A stretch of 64,000 bases of DNA from NCBI GenBank assembly GCA_009886035.1, contig VFJN01000022.1, positions 28,593 to 92,592 on the forward strand. The letters are read 5' to 3'. Both the position numbers and the translations under genes were made by a program. The notes under the pieces were generated by a model. That model made no database searches. It was not told the origin of the DNA and worked only from the letters and a program-made list of their open reading frames with translations. Shown piece after piece: positions 49,083 through 57,771 of this stretch. The DNA comes from Actinomycetota bacterium (GTDB lineage: Bacteria > Actinomycetota > Acidimicrobiia > Acidimicrobiales > VFJN01). Every line of letters starts with the position of its first letter. The first letter of the stretch is position 1.

Positions 49083-51776
49083 TTGTCCGGGCGATCCGTT
49101 CTTTTGATCGACGGCAACTCGCTCACCTACCGCGCCTTCTATGCACTCCCTACCGATCTGTCCACCGCATCCGGTCAGGTGATCAACGCGGTCTTTGGGT
49201 TCACCTCGATGCTGGTGAATCTGCTGCGCGACCACCGTCCCGACGCGATCGTGGTGGCCTTCGATCTTCCGCAGCCCACCTTTCGACATCAGCGGCTTCC
49301 CAGTTATAAGGCGAATCGGGAGGCTGCCCCCGACATTCTGCGACAGCAGATGGGACTCGTTCGGGAGGTTGTGCAGTGCCTTGGGATTCCCATCGCAGAG
49401 GTGGTCGGGTTTGAGGCTGATGATGTCATCGCCACGCTTGCCACCGAGGCCCGTGACGCCGGCGACAACGTGATCGTGGTAACCGGTGATCGGGATAGTT
49501 ATCAACTGGTGGAGGACCCACATATCCGTGTGCTCTACAACAAGCGCGGGGTGTCGGATTATGCGCTCTACGACGAGGCCGGTATCGCGGAACGCACCGG
49601 CGTACCGCCCCGCCTCTACCCGCAGTACGCCGCCTTGCGGGGCGACCCATCGGACAACCTTCCGGGGGTGCCCGGAGTAGGGGAGAAGACCGCCGCCAAG
49701 CTGATGATGGCCTACGGCGGTCTCGACGGGATCTTCGAACACCTTGATGAGCAGACGGCGAAGCTGCGGGAGAACCTCGCCACGCACGAGGCGACGGTTC
49801 GCCAGAACCTGGAGATGATGGTCCTGGTGAGGGATGTGGTGCTCGACGTCGCCCTGGTCGACGTCGTCTTCGACCCGGGGGCCATCAACGTGGCCGAGGT
49901 ACGTCGTCTTTTCGAGTTCCTTGAATTCAGCACATTGTTTGACCGCCTGGCTGCGGCGCTCGACACCAACCTGGGTCCTTCCACCGCCGAGTCCCTCGTG
50001 CTGGTGGCGGAGGTGGAAATCCTCGCTTCCCCCGCGGCGGCTGCTAGCGCGCTCGTTGCGCTGGCGCAGGAGGTGAAGCCCTTGGCGGTGGCAGGGGCAT
50101 GGGGCGGCGACGATGATCATGACGATCTGGAGGGACTGGCCCTCGTGGGCGATGGGGCTGCCGGCGCCGTGGTCTGGCTGCCGGCGGCCTATTGCGGTGA
50201 CCCTGCGGTGCGGGATGGGTTGGCGGCTCTGGTGGGCCGTGGCGGTCGTCCCATCGCCGCGCATCATGCCAAGCGCCTGGTGCGGGCGCTGGCTCGCAGT
50301 GGCGTTGAGATTCGGAGCCTGGCCATCGATACGGCCCTGGCGGCCTACCTCCTCGATCCGGCGGAGAGTCGCTATCTCCTGGAGGAATTGGTGATTCGCT
50401 ACGCCGGGGTCCGCATCCCGGAAGGCGACGCTGCCGCCGAGGGCCAATTGGATCTCGGCGGCTCGTCCACCCCGACCCCGTTGGTGGCGGCACGGCGGGC
50501 GCTGGCGGTGGACGCGCTAGTGACCCCGTTATTCGATGCCCTCGATGCCCAAGGTTTGCGGGCGCTGCACGATGACATCGAGGTGCCGTTGGTGGGCGTG
50601 CTCGCCCGGATGGAAGACATTGGCGTGGGGGTCGACCGGGCCGAACTGCAGCGGCTGCGCGACCAGCTGACCGTTGATGTCGAACTCCATCGGGAGGCCA
50701 TCGTGACGGCCGCCGGCCATGACTTCAACGTCAACTCGACACTGCAGCTTCGGGAGGTCCTCTTTGACGAACTTGGATTGGCTCCCCAGAAGAAGACAAA
50801 GACTGGCTTTTCGACCGATGCCGCCAGTCTGGAAAAACTGCTCGGACAACACCCCATCATCGAGCACCTCCTCGCGTATCGCGAGGTGGAGAAGTTGCGG
50901 TCTACCTACGGCGAGGGCCTCTTGGCGGAGGTGGGGCCCGACGGACGTATCCACGCCACTTTCAATCAGACCGTGGCCCGTACCGGACGGCTGTCCTCGG
51001 ATCGGCCCAATCTGCACAACATTCCGGTGAGGTCCGAACTGGGTCGGGAGTTTCGCCGAGCGTTCGTTCCGGCGGAGGGTTACGAACTCTTGGTGGCGGA
51101 CTACAGCCAGATCGAGCTGCGGTGTATCGCCCATCTGGCCCAGGACCCAGGACTGATCGAGAGCTTCGAGTCTGGTCGCGACATTCACACCGAAATGGCA
51201 TCGCGCATTTTTGGGGTGACGGCCAGTGATGTGACGCTGGAGATGCGGTCGAAGGCCAAGATGGTCTCCTACGGGCTGGCCTATGGCATGGAGGCCTACG
51301 GGCTCGGACAACGACTGAATATTGCGACCAATGAGGCGTCGGTCATCCTGGAGGCGTTTTTCAGCGCCTTCCCGGCCGTGCGGGATTACATGGAGCACAC
51401 TGTCGCCCAGGCTCGCCAGCGGGGTTACACCGAAACGATCTTCGGGCGCCGCCGCCAGATCCCCGAGTTGGCTTCATCGAACGCTCGGATACGTCAGGCG
51501 GGAGAGCGCCAGGCCATGAATGCTGGGATCCAGGGTTTAGCGGCGGATATTTTCAAGGTCGCCCTGGTCCGGCTGGACCAGCGCATCGTGGGTGAGGGGC
51601 TCGGCAGCCGGCTGATCTTGCAGGTGCATGATGAGGTACTCCTTGAGGTTCGACCGTCGGCAGTGGAAACTGTCACCGAGTTTGTCGTATCGGTTATGGC
51701 GAGCGCAGCCGACCTCACGGTGCCCCTGGAGGTACACCTCTCGGTGGGTGCAAGTTGGGCCGAAGCCAAAGGATGA
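49083..51776 (+). CDS. polA: DNA polymerase I
   Basis: TTG start. 5' nuclease N-terminus (LLIDGNSLTYRAFYA, GDRDSYQL), polymerase motifs (DYSQIELR, RSKAKMVSYGLAYG, QVHDEVLLE). Confidence 0.95.
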   Translation: MSGRSVLLIDGNSLTYRAFYALPTDLSTASGQVINAVFGFTSMLVNLLRDHRPDAIVVAFDLPQPTFRHQRLPSYKANREAAPDILRQQMGLVREVVQCLGIPIAEVVGFEADDVIATLATEARDAGDNVIVVTGDRDSYQLVEDPHIRVLYNKRGVSDYALYDEAGIAERTGVPPRLYPQYAALRGDPSDNLPGVPGVGEKTAAKLMMAYGGLDGIFEHLDEQTAKLRENLATHEATVRQNLEMMVLVRDVVLDVALVDVVFDPGAINVAEVRRLFEFLEFSTLFDRLAAALDTNLGPSTAESLVLVAEVEILASPAAAASALVALAQEVKPLAVAGAWGGDDDHDDLEGLALVGDGAAGAVVWLPAAYCGDPAVRDGLAALVGRGGRPIAAHHAKRLVRALARSGVEIRSLAIDTALAAYLLDPAESRYLLEELVIRYAGVRIPEGDAAAEGQLDLGGSSTPTPLVAARRALAVDALVTPLFDALDAQGLRALHDDIEVPLVGVLARMEDIGVGVDRAELQRLRDQLTVDVELHREAIVTAAGHDFNVNSTLQLREVLFDELGLAPQKKTKTGFSTDAASLEKLLGQHPIIEHLLAYREVEKLRSTYGEGLLAEVGPDGRIHATFNQTVARTGRLSSDRPNLHNIPVRSELGREFRRAFVPAEGYELLVADYSQIELRCIAHLAQDPGLIESFESGRDIHTEMASRIFGVTASDVTLEMRSKAKMVSYGLAYGMEAYGLGQRLNIATNEASVILEAFFSAFPAVRDYMEHTVAQARQRGYTETIFGRRRQIPELASSNARIRQAGERQAMNAGIQGLAADIFKVALVRLDQRIVGEGLGSRLILQVHDEVLLEVRPSAVETVTEFVVSVMASAADLTVPLEVHLSVGASWAEAKG

Positions 51777-51803
51777 TGTCTCGTTCGGACAGGGAGCGTG
51801 TGA

Positions 51804-52010
51804 ATGTCACGGAGGAAACTAGCCGTCAAAGAACCCGGAATGAGCTGGTGGGCCTTCTGGGCGATCCTGCTCGTCGTCCTTTATTTGCTCTTGTCGGTGG
51901 CGCTGGCGGCGACTACCACCGGTAAGTGCGGTTCCCGCCCCCAGCACTGGGCGTTTATGCCACCCGGGTGGCAATGCGACATAGATCGGACCCAGGGCTA
52001 CACCACGTGA
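51804..52010 (+). CDS. small predicted membrane protein (68 aa)
   Basis: One hydrophobic helix (WWAFWAILLVVLYLLLSVALAA). Its stop overlaps the GTG start of the next gene (GTGA). Confidence 0.35.
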   Translation: MSRRKLAVKEPGMSWWAFWAILLVVLYLLLSVALAATTTGKCGSRPQHWAFMPPGWQCDIDRTQGYTT

Positions 52011-52735
52011 CACCACCGGACCACTGGTTCGAGCCGCTGGCGGATCATCTTGGCGCCGCCTATCTGCGTTACTCCTTTACGAAGGGAACCAACCAGGAAG
52101 TGGAGTTTCTGGTGGATGTGCTCGATCTCCACCCGGGTATGCGGGTGCTCGACGTGGGGTGTGGCCCGGGCCGTCATGCCCATGCCCTGGCGGCGCGGGG
52201 GATCGAGGTGGTGGGGGTCGATATCAGCCAGCGATTCGTGGACATCGCCATCGCGGCCGAAGTGCCCGGCGCCACCTTCCGGCGGGCTGATGCCCGATCG
52301 CTGAACTTTGTGGCCGAGTTCGACGCCGCCATCTCGTTATGCCAGGGCGCCTTTGGCCTCACCGGAGGACCGGGGGCTCCCCTCGACGGGGATGGGGCGG
52401 TCCTCAACGGGATGGCCCGGGCCCTCCGGCCGGGAGGTCGGCTAGCGGTTTCCGCCTTCTCGGCGTATTTCCAGATCCGATTCCTCGAGGAGAGCGACAC
52501 GTTTGACGCGGCGGCGGGGGTCAATCACGAGCGAACGGAGGTGCGGGACGAACACGGCCAGGCGGTAGAGGCTGAGCTCTGGACAACTTGTTTCACTCCT
52601 CGAGAACTTCGGCTGCTGGCCGCCGCGAGTGGCTTGCGGGTGGAGCACCTGTGGTCGGTCACCCCGGGTTCCTATGCTCGGTCAGCGGCCTCGCTGGATG
52701 CCCCCGAGCTGCTCTTGGTGGCCGCTCGGCCGTGA
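52007..52735 (+). CDS. class I SAM-dependent methyltransferase
   Basis: GTG at 52007. SAM motif I VLDVGCGPGRH. Confidence 0.75.
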   Translation: MTPPDHWFEPLADHLGAAYLRYSFTKGTNQEVEFLVDVLDLHPGMRVLDVGCGPGRHAHALAARGIEVVGVDISQRFVDIAIAAEVPGATFRRADARSLNFVAEFDAAISLCQGAFGLTGGPGAPLDGDGAVLNGMARALRPGGRLAVSAFSAYFQIRFLEESDTFDAAAGVNHERTEVRDEHGQAVEAELWTTCFTPRELRLLAAASGLRVEHLWSVTPGSYARSAASLDAPELLLVAARP

Positions 52736-52832
52736 CCGGATGGGCGGTACAGGTGTACGCTTGGCGGCGTGCCTGGGCATCCGCTCAGCGTCCATTGTGA
52801 CCCCTATCCCCTCATCCTGAAGGCCCCCTACC

Positions 52833-54200
52833 TTGTCCGACGACACCCTTACCTACGAGTCCAACCCGGAAGCGACCGACGCTCCGCCCACCTTCGGCAC
52901 CTTCGCTGAGGATGGCACCTACATTCCGCGTGAGATCGCCTTCGACGATCTCGGCGGCACGTTCGAGGACGCCATCGACGGCACCCTCGTGTCAGTGGAG
53001 GACGGCCAACTCGTAGAAGGCACCGTGGTCAAGGTGGACCGAGACGAGGTCCTGCTGGACATCGGCTACAAGTCCGAGGGAGTGATCCCCAGCCGCGAGC
53101 TGTCGATCCGAAACGACGTCGACCCGCACGAAATCGTGGCGCTGGGCGACAAGATCGAGGCGCTCGTACTTACCAAGGAGGACAAGGAGGGTCGCCTCGT
53201 CTTGTCCAAGAAGCGGGCCCAGTACGAGCGGGCCTGGGGTGATATCGAACGCGTCAAGGAAGAAGATGGGGTCGTCACCGGTCCGGTCATCGAGGTCGTG
53301 AAGGGTGGCCTGATCGTCGACATCGGCCTGCGCGGCTTCCTGCCGGCATCTCTCGTGGAGCTCCGCCGGGTGCGGGACCTGCAGCCTTACGTCGGGAAGA
53401 TGATCGAAGCGAAGATCATCGAACTGGACAAGAACCGCAACAACGTCGTTCTGTCTCGCCGGGGGTGGCTGGAGGAGACTCAGAAGGAGCAGCGCGAAGA
53501 TTTCTTGGCCAATCTGAAGCCGGGCGAGGTGCGAGATGGCGTTGTATCCAGCGTTGTGAATTTCGGTGCGTTCGTCGATCTCGGAGGTATGGACGGCCTC
53601 ATTCACGTGTCTGAACTTTCATGGAAGCACGTGGATCACCCCGGTTCGGTCGTTGCCGTCGGCGACGAGGTGAGTGTCCAGGTACTCGAGGTCGACCTCG
53701 AGCGCGAACGGATCAGCCTTTCCCTCAAGGCCACCCAGCAGGATCCCTGGCAGGAGTTCGCCACGTCCCATCAGGTTGGAGAACTCGTCTACGGACGCGT
53801 TACCAAGTTGGTGCCCTTCGGGTCGTTTGTGCAGGTGGGTGATGGGATCGAAGGCCTCGTGCACATCTCAGAGATGTCGGCCCATCACGTGGAACTTCCC
53901 GAGCAGGTCGTCACTCCCGGCGAAGAACTGTGGGTGAAGATCATCGATCTGGACCTCCAGCGTCGTCGGATCAGCCTCTCGATCAAACAGGCTGCGGAAG
54001 GCGGGGTGGTGGCGGCGGAATACCAGGATCACTTTGGTGAGCAGATGTACGACAGCGAAGGTAACTACGTCGGCCCCGCTATCGAGCACTCTGAGGAGGC
54101 CGAGGCGGCCTGGGCCGAATATTTTGTGGAGGATTCCGCCACCGCCACCGCCACCGCCGAGGTTGCGCCGGCAGCTGAAACTGAAGCAGTCGATGACTAG
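52833..54200 (+). CDS. rpsA: 30S ribosomal protein S1
   Basis: TTG start. Four S1 repeats with very high similarity to actinobacterial RpsA (VKVDRDEVLLDIGYKSEGVIPSRELS; HVSELSWKHVDHP). Confidence 0.95.
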   Translation: MSDDTLTYESNPEATDAPPTFGTFAEDGTYIPREIAFDDLGGTFEDAIDGTLVSVEDGQLVEGTVVKVDRDEVLLDIGYKSEGVIPSRELSIRNDVDPHEIVALGDKIEALVLTKEDKEGRLVLSKKRAQYERAWGDIERVKEEDGVVTGPVIEVVKGGLIVDIGLRGFLPASLVELRRVRDLQPYVGKMIEAKIIELDKNRNNVVLSRRGWLEETQKEQREDFLANLKPGEVRDGVVSSVVNFGAFVDLGGMDGLIHVSELSWKHVDHPGSVVAVGDEVSVQVLEVDLERERISLSLKATQQDPWQEFATSHQVGELVYGRVTKLVPFGSFVQVGDGIEGLVHISEMSAHHVELPEQVVTPGEELWVKIIDLDLQRRRISLSIKQAAEGGVVAAEYQDHFGEQMYDSEGNYVGPAIEHSEEAEAAWAEYFVEDSATATATAEVAPAAETEAVDD

Positions 54201-54317
54201 TCAGCTGGCCGGAGTCTGAGGAGGAGCTTGCGGGAGGCAGTGGTCCCCATCCCGGGGCTCAAGTCGCGGGTAGCATCCATCCGATAGTTCTCATAACCGA
54301 AGCGAGAGTAGGTATGC

Positions 54318-55133
54318 GTGGGTTCCCGACGGACTTTGATTCTCATAGTGGCGGTCCTGGTAGGCCTCTTCTCCGCCTTTGCCCTGTTCACCTATGTGGG
54401 CGGCATTGAAGACAACGCCAACGGCAAAGTTGAGCGTGTCTCGATTTTTAAGATCGTGCAGGACATTCCTAAAGGAACCTTTGGCGACGAAGCGTTCGAT
54501 CAGGGTCTCATAGAAGCGGACGTCATCTCCAAGGAGTACCTCCCGGCTACCGCGATCACCGATCCGCGTCAGATCGAAGGCTTGGTGGCCATCTCAGATC
54601 TGCCCGCCAATACGATCGTGGTCGGACAGCAGTTTGTGTCCCAGGCCGAATCCCTGTCGTCGTTCTCGAGTCTTCTGAAGAACAACGAGGTGGCCATCAC
54701 GATCTCAGTCGACCAGATTCATGGGGTGGCATCGCTACTCGTGCCCGGCGACTTTGTGAACATGCTGGTTAATTCGCAACCTGAAGAAGGCCCCGCCTCG
54801 GTCTACGCCAGGCCGGCGCGGTTCCTCTACCAGAAGATTCAGATTCTCGCCGTAGGCCAGGACCGTAAACTCGAGCCGGGCGAGACCGCCGTTACCAATC
54901 CTGACGGCACTCCCGCGGCGACCGGTTCGGCCTCAGGCCTGATTACCTTCGCAGTTCCGGCCGATGCGTCCCAACGCATTGCCTCGGTGGCAGGATCGGA
55001 TTTCTACCTGACGTTGGTGCCGAAGGATTACCAGCCCAGTCCTCTTCCCCCCATTGATACTGCGGGGCCACTCCCGGGCGAGACTCCCGGTCAGGTAACG
55101 CCCTACGGCCCCGCCGGGCGCCCGCCTTCCTAG
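54318..55133 (+). CDS. cpaB: Flp pilus assembly protein CpaB/RcpC
   Basis: GTG start. N-terminal TM anchor, then a SAF-like and RcpC-like region (LVPGDFVNML...ILAVG). Confidence 0.75.
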   Translation: MGSRRTLILIVAVLVGLFSAFALFTYVGGIEDNANGKVERVSIFKIVQDIPKGTFGDEAFDQGLIEADVISKEYLPATAITDPRQIEGLVAISDLPANTIVVGQQFVSQAESLSSFSSLLKNNEVAITISVDQIHGVASLLVPGDFVNMLVNSQPEEGPASVYARPARFLYQKIQILAVGQDRKLEPGETAVTNPDGTPAATGSASGLITFAVPADASQRIASVAGSDFYLTLVPKDYQPSPLPPIDTAGPLPGETPGQVTPYGPAGRPPS

Positions 55134-55251
55134 GGCGGCTCAGCCGGAATCCCGATACCGACGAAATGATCTAAGGACCGCTGACATCGCTAAGAACCCG
55201 ATCCAACAGATACCTCTCGTACTTCTCGAGGCGGACTCCTCAGCGCGAGCC

Positions 55252-56385
55252 ATGCTCACCGGTCAGCTCGTGAGCCCGGTCGAGTCTTTGGCCTCCGTCC
55301 AGGATCTCGCCGGGCGCGCTGATGGTGGACCACTGGTGTTGTTACTCGGCCCCTCCTTTGCCAACACAGCCGGGATTGGTCAGGTCTTGCCGTTCCTGAC
55401 CGATCACCCGGAGGTAGGGGCGATCCTCGTTACCGACGAATTGTCTACCGAACTCCTCCAAACAGCCCTGCGATCCGGGGTGAAGGACGTACTGGCGGCG
55501 CCGGTGGCGGCCGACCAATTAACGGCGGCGGTGGCACGGGTAGCGGAAACACTGGGGTCGGCCCCGCTCGCTCGGGATCAGTCCTCTGGCGCCAGTCTGT
55601 CGCTGGTTTCGTCAGGCGTCATCGGCGAACCGGAGATAGACCTGGGCAAGGTTGTTACGGTGTTCTCCACCAAGGGCGGCGCCGGGAAGTCGGTGCTGGC
55701 CGTCAATTTGGCCGTTGTGTTGGCTCGGCGTAGCGATAAGCCGGTCGTCCTAGTGGATGCAGACCTGCAGTTTGGCGACATCGCCGTCATGCTTGGTCTG
55801 GCCCCCCAGCACACGATCGTGGATGCCGTCGGGTCCCTCAATAGACTCGATGTGGGGCTCCTCCAGCAGTACTTGCTGAAGCACGAGCCCTCGGGGCTGT
55901 TCATTCTTCCCGCCCCCCTGGAGCCATCCTTCGCCGAGCAGATCACGGCGCAGGAGATCATGCAGATCGTGGCCATCTTGCGCACGTTCTGCTCGTTCGT
56001 GATCATCGATACCCCCGCCTACTTCAACGAGGTGGTTCTTGCCATCATTGAAGAGAGTGACGAAATTCTCCTGATGGCCGGTATGGATATTCCGAATATC
56101 AAGAACGTCAAGATTGGTCTCCAGACCTTGAGGCTCCTCAACTTGTCGCTGGAGAAGGTCCACCTTGTGCTGAATCGGGCGAACTCAAAGGTAAAGCTCG
56201 ATGTGAGTGAGGTCGAAAAGAGTCTTCAGATCAAGGCTGAATCGCTTATCCCCAGCGATGTGGTCGTACCTCAATCGGTGAACAAAGGCACGCCAGTGGT
56301 CCTTGATTCGCCAAAGTCGGGAGTGGCCAAGGCGATTGAACAGCTGGCCAACATGTTCTTGCCCAGTAGCAGTGGGCGACGTTAG
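55252..56385 (+). CDS. cpaE: CpaE/TadZ-like pilus-localisation ATPase (receiver-like N-domain plus MinD/ParA domain); the true start is probably upstream
   Basis: Deviant Walker A STKGGAGKS and DADLQFGD. The upstream in-frame sequence still reads like the receiver beta-1 strand (see findings). Confidence 0.8.
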   Translation: MLTGQLVSPVESLASVQDLAGRADGGPLVLLLGPSFANTAGIGQVLPFLTDHPEVGAILVTDELSTELLQTALRSGVKDVLAAPVAADQLTAAVARVAETLGSAPLARDQSSGASLSLVSSGVIGEPEIDLGKVVTVFSTKGGAGKSVLAVNLAVVLARRSDKPVVLVDADLQFGDIAVMLGLAPQHTIVDAVGSLNRLDVGLLQQYLLKHEPSGLFILPAPLEPSFAEQITAQEIMQIVAILRTFCSFVIIDTPAYFNEVVLAIIEESDEILLMAGMDIPNIKNVKIGLQTLRLLNLSLEKVHLVLNRANSKVKLDVSEVEKSLQIKAESLIPSDVVVPQSVNKGTPVVLDSPKSGVAKAIEQLANMFLPSSSGRR

Positions 56386-56406
56386 GTCTGAGGAAGGGTT
56401 AGGAAT

Positions 56407-57771
56407 ATGAGTCTCTACAAGAGGTTGCATGAGGTGGATCAGGAGGCATCGTCGTCGGCTCCGTCTCGACGCGACCCAGTCATCGATGAACTCCGCCAGA
56501 GGATCCACCATCACCTGATCGAGTCACTAGGCCCTGTCCTTTACGACAAGCGCCTATCCGAGGACGATTTGCGTCGCCGAGTCCACGAGCAACTCCAAGA
56601 GGCCATGGCTCTTGAGCGGTCGCCGATGTCGGCTGTCGACAAGGCAAAACTCATTCAAGATGTTTCGGATGACATCCTCGGCTATGGGCCGATCGACCGC
56701 CTTCTGAAAGACGAGGAGGTCAGCGAGGTCATGGTCAACGGTCCGCAGTCGGTCTACGTCGAACGGTCCGGGCGTATCGAGAAGACGAACGCCAGTTTTG
56801 TGGATGAGCCCCATCTTCGTCGGATCATCGACAAAATCGTCAGCCAGGTCGGGCGGCGTATCGACGAATCAACTCCGATGGTGGACGCTCGCCTCCCCGA
56901 TGGCTCTCGGGTCAACGCGGTGATCCATCCGCTGGCCATCGGGGGTCCCTTCCTCACTATTCGGAAGTTCGCGAAGGACCCGTACCAGATCGATGATTTG
57001 ATCCGCTTCGGCACGCTGAACGCTCAATCGGCCCGTTTTCTGCAGGCGTGTGTCGTGGGTCGCCTCAACGTCATCGTGTCTGGCGGCACGGGCACCGGCA
57101 AGACCACCACCCTCAACGTCTTGTCCTCCTTCATCCCCACCGATGAGCGCATCGTGACCATCGAGGATGCCAAGGAGTTGCAGCTCCACCAAGATCACGT
57201 ATTGGCGATGGAAGCCAGGCCGGCCAATATCGAGGGCAAGGGTCTCGTGGCGATCCGTGATCTAGTGCGGAATGCGTTGCGGATGCGTCCCGACCGCGTG
57301 GTAGTGGGCGAGTGCCGTGGTGGAGAGGCCTTGGACATGCTTCAGGCCATGAATACTGGACACGATGGCTCAATCACCACCATTCACTCCAATAGCCCCC
57401 GGGATACGTTGTCACGGATCGAGACGATGACCCTCATGGCGGGATTCGATCTTCCTATTCGTGCGATTCGGGAACAGATGGCATCCGCTCTTGATCTCAT
57501 CGTGCACCTCACTCGACTGCGCGATGGCACTCGCCGGATAACCCACGTGACAGAGGTTCAAGGAATGGAGGGCGACGTGATCACCCTTCAGGATGTGTAC
57601 CTCTTCGACTTCGGCATGGGCATCGACGAGCACGGGCGATTCAAGGGCCACCTGAAGGCCACCGGTGTGCGACCGAAGTTCACGGAGAAGTTGGCTGACT
57701 TGGGGATTCGAATGGGACCGGAGGTTTTCCAACCGGAAGCCTTTGCCCGCCGAGCACAGGGGGGCACTTGA
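56407..57771 (+). CDS. cpaF: CpaF/TadA secretion ATPase
   Basis: Walker A SGGTGTGKTT, TIEDAKEL, RPDRVVVGECRG and the His box TGHDGSITTIHSNS. Confidence 0.9.
   Translation: MSLYKRLHEVDQEASSSAPSRRDPVIDELRQRIHHHLIESLGPVLYDKRLSEDDLRRRVHEQLQEAMALERSPMSAVDKAKLIQDVSDDILGYGPIDRLLKDEEVSEVMVNGPQSVYVERSGRIEKTNASFVDEPHLRRIIDKIVSQVGRRIDESTPMVDARLPDGSRVNAVIHPLAIGGPFLTIRKFAKDPYQIDDLIRFGTLNAQSARFLQACVVGRLNVIVSGGTGTGKTTTLNVLSSFIPTDERIVTIEDAKELQLHQDHVLAMEARPANIEGKGLVAIRDLVRNALRMRPDRVVVGECRGGEALDMLQAMNTGHDGSITTIHSNSPRDTLSRIETMTLMAGFDLPIRAIREQMASALDLIVHLTRLRDGTRRITHVTEVQGMEGDVITLQDVYLFDFGMGIDEHGRFKGHLKATGVRPKFTEKLADLGIRMGPEVFQPEAFARRAQGGT

Noticed and set aside
48942-50447. 501-aa minus-strand ORF inside polA.
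   Set aside because: It lies antisense to an unambiguous DNA polymerase I reading frame and has no motifs, so it is a shadow ORF.
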